Below, piece after piece: positions 54,267 to 64,000 of a stretch of DNA of 64,000 bases. The notes below the pieces were generated by a model. That model was given only the letters and a program-made list of their open reading frames with translations, was not told the origin of the DNA and made no database searches. Position numbers and translations under genes: made by a program. The stretch spans positions 3,224,001 through 3,288,000 of the forward strand of contig NC_043015.1 in the NCBI RefSeq assembly GCF_006345805.1, in the 5' to 3' direction. How positions within the stretch are numbered: position 1 is the stretch's first letter; each line of letters starts with the position of its first letter. Source of the DNA: Octopus sinensis (taxonomy: Eukaryota).

Positions 54267-56187
54267 TAGTTTTATTTTTATAGCGTGCTTTCACTTCACT
54301 AACGAGCGCAGCTCTGTGTGCCTTCGGTATTTGCTGTGATTTGTTGTGATGCTCTGATGGTTATCGTATGGAAAGTGCTCTGCGTAGGATGTGTGCAGTG
54401 CCTAGTAGTGCAATTTTCTGTATGTTATATGTGTTTGTAAGTCCTGGTGTTTTTGTTGCGTATTTGTCTGAATATTTTTTTGTCATGCCTAATGCACCTA
54501 CTATGATAGGAATTGTTTCTGTTTTCAGATTCCACATTCTAGTTACCTCTATTTCCAGGTCTTTGTATTTTGAGAGTTTCTCCATTTCTTTTAGAGACAC
54601 GTTGTCATCTGCCGGTATTGATACATCAATTAGAAAGCATTCTGTTTTCTTCATGATCTCTGACAACTATATCTGGTCTGTGGGCCTTAATTTCTCTATC
54701 TGTGTGTATCGGCATATCCCAGAGTATGGTTGCTTTCTCGTTTTCTGTGACATTTTCTGGTGTGTGCCTATACCATCTTTTTTCTGTTGTTATTCCATAA
54801 TGCTGGCATAGCTTCCAATGTATGTAGGTTCCAACTCTGTCATGTCTGTGAATATATTCCTTCTTAGCCAGGACTGTGCAGCTAGAGATAATATGATTTA
54901 TTGTTTCTCGTCCATCTCCACATATTCTGCAGTTACTTGTAATATTTCTTTTCATTACATGTTTTTGGTAATTTCTGGTGGGGAGGCTTTGGTCTTGTGC
55001 TGCAATTAAAAGTCCCTCTGTTTCTGCTTTGAGTCCTGAGCTTCTCAACCATTGCTGGGATTTTTCTTTGTCTATTTCTTTTGCGTTTAGTTTAGTCCAG
55101 TATTTACCATGAAGGGGCTTTTCTTGCCATCGTTTTATCATGGTTCGTTGCTGTTCTACTTTTAGTTTGGATTTCATTTGTTTTATGGCTTTTGTTTTTT
55201 TCTTCACCTTCTTCTTCTTCTTCATGTTTATTAGGTTGTATGATTTCTTGCTTGTATTTGTCAGCTTCCTTAAATACTGAGAACAGTTTTTTGTTTTGAT
55301 CGTGTTTTGCCGCTATCTGGATCAGTTTTCCTTCCTTCTGAAGTAGATATTTTTGCAGTCGTATGGTGGTTATTTTATAGTAGTTTTCCAGCTGTATAAG
55401 GCCTCTACCACCTTCTATACGTTGTATATATAGTCTTTCTATGTCAGATTTTGTGTGATGCATCCTAGATCCTGTCATTATTTTTCTTGTTTTCCTATCT
55501 ATTTTGGTCAGTTCATTTCGTGTCCAGTTAAGGATATTGTAGCTGTAACTTATAACTGGGACAGCTAAAGTGTTAATACCTATTATCATGTTTTTAGCAT
55601 TGAGCTCTGTTTTTAGTATTGATCTAACTCGTCTATAATATTCTTTTTTATTTTCTCTTTCATTTGTGTGTGTTGTGTCTTATCTAGTTCATGGATTCCT
55701 AAGTATTTGTAAGTTTGGCTTTGGTCTAATTCTCTAATTTCATTGGTTTTATCTAGTGTGATGTTGTTACTCTTAACTAGTTTTCCTCTTTTCATGGTTA
55801 CTTTGGCGCATTTTTCTAATCCAAATTTCATATCTATTTCTTTGGTAAATCCATGAACTGTCTTTAATAGTGTTTCCAGCTGTTTGTCATTTGCAGCGTA
55901 TAGTTTTAGGTCATCCATATATAAAAGGTGGCTGATCGTTTTGCCGTAACATTTATATCCGCATCCAGTTCTATTTAGTATATGAGATAGAGGTGACAGT
56001 GCCAAGCAGAAAAGGAGTGGAGAGGAGGATGTCTTTGGTTTTCATGAGCCCCTCTTTTGTTTGGAGGTGTAGGACTGTTTGCCATTTATTCATAGAGTGT
56101 TCTATGAATTTTATGATTGTTGGTGCTACTTTCTTAATGGCTAGTGTTTCGAGGATCCATGTGTGGGGGATGCTATCAAACGCCTTT
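54264..56187 (-). mobile_element. Young 5'-truncated R4/Dong-clade non-LTR retrotransposon (RT, CCHC, restriction-like endonuclease), frameshifted, within (TAA)n
   Basis: KAFDSIPHTWI, LLYMDDLKLY, KFGLEKC, YKYLGI, LHGKY, CRICGDGRETINHIISSC, ILWD..AHRPDIVV, LIDVSIP..EKLSKYKDL..PIIVGALG..QKIALLGTAHILRR*. At least 4 frameshifts, and the RGIFQGD motif is deleted near 56030. A 95-nt 3'UTR runs into (AAT)n; (AAT)9 lies at the 5' junction. Confidence 0.95.
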
Positions 56188-56214
56188 ATTATTATTATTA
56201 TTATTATTATTATT

Positions 56215-56767
56215 GAGTGAGAGAGCAGTGCATGCCATCAAAGTGACACTGGGGTAAAATATACGAAGCCCAGCATACCCATCATGACTACCCGTCTGAT
56301 AAGGGTACACCAGGCACATGCATCACAACCATATGTGCGCGACATGGTGATCTCATATCAAGATAAACAGCACATGACCTTGCAGGTGGGGCCCAGTTAG
56401 AATTTTCTTCAGGTCGAGTAGCCCATCCTGCTCAAAAGGTCCCTGAATAAGGGTTGCTTTAGGATGTTGAACGAAACACCCATGTTTCCAGAGGGGAATT
56501 ATTCAAACTCCAAAGAATCCCTCTCAACACATGGCTATGATGCTCCCCCACTACTTCTGCTCATGATCAGAGATGCACGTATTGTCAGCCACTAAGGGAC
56601 ATGCTCAACTGGTTAAGGTCAAACAACTGACGAGCAAATCTGTGGTATTGAGCAGAATATTTGCTGTAGCCCATCTTTTATACCAAGACAAAACAATGTA
56701 CATGATGACACTTCCAATCAGTTAAGATCAGAAGCCATGAGAGCCACTGCCTGGTACTGCATCAGGG

Positions 56768-56768
<1 letters not shown>
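56215..56768 (-). mobile_element. About 550-bp non-coding interspersed element embedded in (TAA)n
   Basis: GC-richer non-repetitive block bounded exactly by (ATT)n on both sides, with no ORF or tRNA boxes seen. Strand assumed from the (AAT)n tail polarity shared with the neighbouring LINE. Confidence 0.6.
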
Positions 56769-56843
<75 letters not shown>

Positions 56844-57818
56844 ATTATTATTATTATTATAAAATATTCTTATTATTATCATTTTCATTTTTATTATTTT
56901 ATTAGTATTATTATTATTGTTATTGTTAATATTATTATTATTATTTCTACTACTATTATTATTGTTATTATTATTATTAATGTGGTGAGCTCGTAGAATT
57001 GTTACCACGGTGTGAAAAATGTTTAGCGGCCTTTCAACTGTCTTGACATTCCATTTCCGCCCAGATCGAATTTGCCTTCCATCTTTTCGGATGAAAGTTG
57101 AAGTTATGAATAGGATGCAATGTGATCGGTTTTTAAACATGTATCGTTATAAAGAATGTCTGTCAAAACAAAAGAAAATTATTAGTAGTAGTTCTGAGTC
57201 AATAAGGTTTGATCTTGAGTAGTTAACTGAAAGCCTCCACTATTTTGCCTGTAAAACTCTGATCTGTAGTCACTGAAAAGTTTGTATTTGGATCTACATC
57301 AAAATCTTTGATTTTGTTTATGCTCATTTTCTCTCTGTCGAGCATTGTAGTCTATACGCTATGAGATAACATTTATCTGCATTTCTTCTTCGGTATCTTT
57401 AATAATTCTCTTTCCATGTTGTTTTACTGTATTTGACCATTTTTCATGTTCTCGTCTAAGATCAGTTTAACAAAGTTGTTAGTTTCTGTTTTGTATTTTA
57501 TCGCCTCTTTGAGTATATAGAAAAGCGTATTCTTTTACGCGTGTTGATTTAGTACGTGCAGTAGTCTTCCACACTTCATTTCTATGTACTTTACACGTCA
57601 AAATCTAGTTAATTTATAATCGTTCCTTATCTGTTTCTGGCCACAGCTGCCTTCCGTGTGGAGTAGTTATATTATCATCATCATCATCATCATCCGCCTC
57701 ATCATCATCATCAACATCATCATTGTCATCATCATCATTATCACCACCACCACCACCGTGACCATCATCATCATCATTATTATTATTATTATTATTATAT
57801 TATTATTATTATTATTAT

Positions 57819-57856
<38 letters not shown>

Positions 57857-58054
57857 TATATCGACACCCGAAAGGACTAAAGCCAAAGCTAACCTCGGCC
57901 GAATTTGAACTCAGAACGTAAAAACATGCAAAATCGCTAATAATTTCATCCGGTGTGCTAAGCTTTCTGCCTACTGACAGCACTACACTCATTTATTAAT
58001 ATTATTCTACCAATGATATTATCACACTTTTCAAATACATGAATATTTTCCTTG

Positions 58055-58093
<39 letters not shown>

Positions 58094-58097
58094 TTAA

Positions 58098-58260
58098 GAC
58101 GGACTTCTATCAGTTTCCGTGTATGAAATGAACCCACAAGGCTTTGGTCGGCTCGAGGCTATAGTAGAATGCATTTGCTCAAGGTGCCAAGCAGTTGGAA
58201 TGAACCCGGAACCATGTGGTTGGTAAGCAAGCTACTTACCACACACCCACTTCTGCGCCA
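58098..58260 (-). mobile_element. SINE 5' half
   Basis: Reverse complement reads GGCGCAGAAGTGGGTGTGTGGTAAGTAGCTTGCTTACCAACCACATGGTTCCGGG. Confidence 0.85.
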
Positions 58261-58769
58261 TGTTTACTTTGCAAAATGTATCAGTATTTTCCTGCTTGCA
58301 TTCATTTTACTTCAGATTTTGAATTTTGGATGTTCGTTTCTTATTGCATTTGCAATTCCATGCTGAGGATACAACACATAATGGCGGATATGGATTTGGT
58401 GATCTTTGACAAACATCGGTAGGGTATTAATAAGGTGGCACCAGCATGTCTGCTCTCACATAATTTGCAAGGATTGGCGATGCTGCCTCCCATTTGATAA
58501 CAATATTTTTCACCAAAGCAGCTAGTGTCTGTGTGTGTCTCTGCCTATAGTGTGTGCGGAGATGAGAGAAATAATAATTCGTATACACAATTTTCATATA
58601 AAAGGCATGCCAATGAAATAAGGAATGAGAATGCAACGTTTGGCGGATAGCTGGTTAATTCTGGAAAACCAGACAGACAAAAACATCCTATTGGGAAATC
58701 GACAAAAATACAAATTACGGACGGGGAGAATCCATACACGAGTATGACACTTGCAAGAGCAATGATGAT

Positions 58770-58852
58770 TATCATTATGACAATGATGGCGATGTTGACG
58801 ATGATGATGTTTTTGATGATGTAGTTGATGATGATGATGATGATGACAGCGA

Positions 58853-58884
<32 letters not shown>

Positions 58885-59127
58885 ATGATGATGACGACGA
58901 TGAGGAGAGGAGATTGATGACAGTGATGAATATTTGCTGCTGAACATTATTATTATTATTATTATTATTAATATTATTAATATTAACATTATTATTATTA
59001 TTATTATTTTAATTATTATGATTTTTATTATCATTATTATTACTAATATTATTAGTATTAATATTTTTTTACGATTATCATTATTATTATTATTAATAAT
59101 AATAATAGTAGTAGTAGTAGTAGTTGC

Positions 59128-59195
<68 letters not shown>

Positions 59196-59250
59196 GAGTA
59201 GTAGTAGCAGTAGTTGTTGTTGTAGTAGTAGTAGTAGCAGTAGTAGTAGT
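58770..59250. repeat. Compound (GAT)/(ATT)/(GTA) low-complexity tract
   Basis: Direct reading. Confidence 0.95.
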
Positions 59251-59639
59251 ATGTTGAAACGTACAACGCTTTGAAGATTATACAATATTTGGCTTTTATT
59301 GACAACTATTATTATCAATGGATGTTGAACGTTATATAGCGTTGTCAAATACCTGAACTATTACGTCAATAGATTCGCGTCATTTTACAGACATCTAAAA
59401 GTGCAACGCGGGATTCGATCATGCAATAAAATCGAGGACACAACGCTACATACGATATATGGAAAGACGTTGCAAGCCGACATGTAATATTGCCTTTAGC
59501 GAATAAGGTAAAAAGCCGCAAAAGTATATACATACACAAACACGAATAGAGACACAAACGCACACACACAAACACAAACACACATATACATATATATGCA
59601 TTGCATGTATCTTTGTATGTATATATATATATACTATAC

Positions 59640-59676
<37 letters not shown>

Positions 59677-59832
59677 CAACACACACAGACACAATATAAA
59701 TTATTTATATTATATTATATATTATATATAATATATATACATATATATATGCATATATATTTAAATATGCTTATATATATATATACATATATATGTAAAT
59801 ATGCTTATATATATAATATAATATATATGTAT

Positions 59833-59878
<46 letters not shown>

Positions 59879-61144
59879 GAATATGTATATGTAAATATAC
59901 ATAAATATACATGCGTATATTGCATATATATATATATATATATAATATATAAACATATATATATATATAAACATAGATATGGGAATATATGAGCGGACAT
60001 GATATATATCGTGGTAGATTATTTCAAACACATTGTATAAAGGTAAATAAACGATCCTTTTTATGATCATTTTCAATAAAGTATATAATTCACAACAAAG
60101 GATGCATTCATTTACTCAAGCGTCAATGAGTCTGCTGATATTCCTCTTCAATGAAACAAGCGTTTCATAAAATGGAATAGATCACACGAACTACTTCTCT
60201 TCCTTTGATCTTTCATAGTATTTGACATATTCTCTAAACTTTTCCAATATATCAACATTTTCGATAAATTAGAAATCATCGTGGCTATTATATGAAAGGC
60301 TTCACCCATTCAACGTAAATGCCATGGGATCATACTAAATAACGAAGGCGTAGTGAAGAACTGCATGGAATATACGTTTATAATTAACGAATAAATCACA
60401 CAAAGACACCCACGCACACAGAGATGCTCGCGTGGACACACACATATATTTCTGGCACTTAAACTGAAACAACGATACCGGCAACCTATAATATAGTTAA
60501 TAATAATTCCAATATTAATTGAAAAACTTTTCAAAATCGATGCTTGTAAAGTGTGTGATCTCTATTGAATATGTTTCAACACTGCACTTAAATTAGAAGT
60601 TCGTATTTGTTTTATAAGTGTAAGGCAGTAATATCATTAAAAAAATATTCCGCATTTTGTCGGTTAGTTTATAATCACCACAATGACGTTGAATTTAGAA
60701 TGTAAATAAAAAATAATAATGCTTTAAATAATGTTAGACGACATTGTGAAGACCGTCGGCAACAAAATACACATTTTAATTACTGTTTGTATTACGTGAA
60801 ATGTGCACATTCAGTGCATGTATACAGACACACTCTGGCATCAAAAACAATGTAATACTTACATTGTTTAATTAACTTACGTAGCATGAAACGATTGTAC
60901 TGCACTAACTTTGGATATCCTTGTTGCTTATTTTGACTATAATCACCCCATTTGATTTATAGGGATAAACCATCCCGAATTCTTGTGTCTTTAACTTAAG
61001 TAACATATTCATCTGAATCTAAATATTTTATATATGTATATATAATCACAATAAAGGTGAAAAAATTGAATATTAATTAATAACATCAATTTAAAACACC
61101 AATTGGCCTAGCGTAAAAAAACTGGGGTACAGTAACAATTATTA

Positions 61145-61356
61145 ATACAAGTAATAACGGAGAGACCACATGTGGTCACTCTAACGCTATACATAGATCT
61201 GCAAAGGGAATCGACCACTAAAGAATTGTTCTCAAGCATTAATTCTTGGCGTGTTGAATTAATGCTTGAGAACAATACTTTAGTGGTCGATTCCATTGGC
61301 GTATCTATTTCTAGCGTTAGAGTGACCACATGCGATCTCTCTCGTATTACTTGTAT
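61145..61356. mobile_element. About 210-bp fold-back hairpin, MITE-like (possible TA target duplication)
   Basis: 61145-61245 is an imperfect reverse complement of 61256-61356 around the loop TTGGCGTGTT. Ends read TA|CAAGTAATA...TATTACTTG|TA. Confidence 0.7.
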
Positions 61357-61974
61357 ATATATATATTATATATACATAACTTTTCTAAACACAATTTGAT
61401 TTCTTGGTGGGTAAGTGACGTTGATAAAATAAATGATCACGAAACCCTATACGGGGCTACGCTGAGAGGATTCTGGCTTTAAGTGTTGTGCGAAAAGCAT
61501 GCGTGGAGACACACATTTTCGAGTTCTGCTACATAGCTTAGAAAATCTCATGGTCCGCATTAATAAATGTCTGAATCTCAAAGGGGAAACTGTGGCATAA
61601 AATGATTATTAACTGACCAATGTATATTTTCTTTTACCGAAAGCAAGGGATTCTTCAGCGGCCATTCGTAATTACCAAACATTGCTATTTTGTTGTCAAA
61701 CATTGCGTACTGTATTTCACAGAATACCTATTCTTGTTCTTAATTCTAATACGCGCAGAGTGAAAGCACTGCAAAACGTTGACGAACAAATCTTCTGTTC
61801 ATGCGAATATTGTTGATAATTTTCAGTCTGTCAATATGTCGGACGATTTTCTCTCTGTCTTACACACACACAGAAGTATATGAAAAGTTGAATGCGTATA
61901 TACATGCCTACAATATGTGTGTGCGTTATATATATATATATATATTCAAGTATATGGATATATATATTTATTAT

Positions 61975-62091
<117 letters not shown>

Positions 62092-62234
62092 TTATATATA
62101 GAGGGCATTATACATAAATGCCAGAAGGCATTGTACATACATGCCAAACGCTAAGAGGACAATCAGTATTTCTACCAAAATATTACTAATCCCACCGAAT
62201 GCAATTTTTCAAAGTAAGACATTTAAAAATATAC

Positions 62235-62277
62235 ACCTGTATCACAGTGATTTCATACTTAGTAATCATCAGCAGGC
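62235..62277 (-). ncRNA. Candidate minimal hammerhead ribozyme (family D)
   Basis: Minus strand: GCCTG-CTGATGA-T-TAC-TAA-GTA-T-GAAA-TCAC-T-GTGA-TA^CAGGT. Helix I 4-5 bp, helix III ATCAC/GTGAT, helix II closed by a U.U mismatch. Confidence 0.45.
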
Positions 62278-62709
62278 CTGAATGTATTATAAATAAACAA
62301 CGACCCTGCCCCGCTTAAGCGATCAGCTAACTGATCAACATCAACGAAGCACATGGGTGAGTTTACATATATTACATCCGGGTAATGGCAAACTTTTACG
62401 AATTGCATTTCGGAGGAAAAAGTTTTTTCGGAATAAAAATTTAGCAAAATTTTTTCTCTTATGAGGTTTTTACGCTATCTATTCTGTTAAGTTTTCCTTA
62501 TTAAGTAGTTGTCCTCAATTGCTATATTAATATAATATATAATATACTATATATATAATAATATATATATATATATTAGCTATATACATATATTATAATA
62601 TACATATATATATAATATATATATATATATTATATATATATTTATTATATATTATATATATATCTATTATATATTATAATAATATATATATATATAGGAT
62701 ATATATATA

Positions 62710-62748
<39 letters not shown>

Positions 62749-62771
62749 TATATATATAATATATATATATA

Positions 62772-62935
62772 TAGGCGCAGAAGTGGCTGTGTGGTAAGTA
62801 GCTTGCTAACCAACCATATGGTTCCGGGTTCATCCCTCTGCGTGAATCTTCGTCAAGTGTATTCTGCTATAGCCCGGGCCGACCAATGCCTTGTGAGTGG
62901 ATTTGGTAGACGGAAACTGAAAGAAGCGTGTCGTA
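62772..62935 (+). mobile_element. SINE 5' half
   Basis: AGGCGCAGAAGTGGCTGTGTGGTAAGTAGCTTGC...GGTAGACGGAAACTGAAAGAAG. Confidence 0.85.
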
Positions 62936-63160
62936 TAATGTATATATATTGTATGTATATTATATATATATATATGTTTTGGTTTCTCGCTCTGCCATAT
63001 ACGACTATGAGGATTTACCTTCCCAATGAAACTCGTTATTTTTCCCAAACATTTTCTCAACACTGCTATAATGTAATATATGTCTTTGGTGTGGTAATTG
63101 AACGCGGCTGAAGAAGGCTGTTGACAATCACGTTATATCAATTATGCATATATATGTATT

Positions 63161-63193
<33 letters not shown>

Positions 63194-63576
63194 ATACATA
63201 TATATACACACACATACACATGGACATACATACATATTTCTATGCGTGTGTGTTTCTGAATATTGTTTTATAATTGTACGCATCATTTTTTTGTATGTAG
63301 TTTCTCTTAATATATTCAAAGAAATAGATGTAGTCTCTGTGTTTAAATACGCGTGTAAGATTGTCCTTTTTGTTATTATACAAATTAACCTATGGCATGC
63401 GGATTTTGTTCTCATTTGTGTGAAATTACATATTACTTGATTGACATTTCTTCTTTCAAGATTTTCCGTTTTATAACTTTTTTGAAAATTGTCTTTCTTA
63501 ATAGATTGAACGAAATAATCCAAAGAATTTCCATTTTCCTTTGAATTTATATCGAATGATAAATACATTTTGCTTC

Positions 63577-63656
<80 letters not shown>

Positions 63657-64000
63657 ATAATATACATATGCATATACATATAACACACACACACAAAGGA
63701 TGCCATTCGTTAAATGTATATTTCGGTAATTATGCCTATAACTGGTTGATAAATATGTAAATGTGCAGACGACTTAATGTATCTCGTGGACTTTTTTAGC
63801 AAACTACAGTACCTATAAGATTGATTTATTAAATATTCGTTTGTTTTGTTCTTTGTTCTTTTTGCTGTCGATTACTTATGCTTATCAGTGAAATACACAT
63901 ACCTGTATTGAAAAAGCAGTAAATATGTTTCACAGATTTTATTTCACTTATTTTATTTTATTTGGCAATTTAAACACCGAAGGCATAAAGAAATTTACAT

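Noticed and set aside
60886-60901. ATGAAACGATTGTACT, identical to the family B 3' core, near an 11-bp hairpin
   Set aside because: No 5' core or helix I upstream; at most a remnant.
61490-61600. LLHSLENLMVRINKCLNLKGET resembles a Tc1/mariner C-terminus
   Set aside because: Too short and degenerate, with no upstream DFFLWG or SPDL motif readable.

Overview
AT-rich, repeat-dense eukaryotic DNA with no convincing host gene. The SINE families and the (AT)n/(AAT)n microsatellite load look like octopus (coleoid cephalopod) intronic or intergenic sequence; this is my recognition, not a database result. Almost every ORF in the supplied track is a translated microsatellite or a transposon relic. Recognisable content: many tRNA-derived SINEs, two mariner relics, CR1/L2-type LINE tails, and several restriction-like-endonuclease (R4/Dong-type) LINE relics, one of them young and embedded in (TAA)n. 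The main result is a set of non-coding elements carrying type I hammerhead ribozyme (HHR) folds, read by hand from the sequence. There are three sequence-unrelated families with a complete catalytic core (CUGANGA...GAAA...UH) and a self-complementary helix III. They occur as (a) a 601-bp-period direct tandem at 16553-17533, predicted to release a 601-nt monomer RNA (retrozyme-like); (b) two long fold-back palindromes with an HHR on each strand (23257-24328, 28404-28787); and (c) a solo copy at about 10.2-10.4 kb. Two weaker candidates also exist. Most run at their HHR-sense 3' end into (AT)n or AT-rich sequence, which suggests Penelope-type or retrozyme retroelements targeting (AT)n. No folding software or searches were run; all pairings were derived manually.
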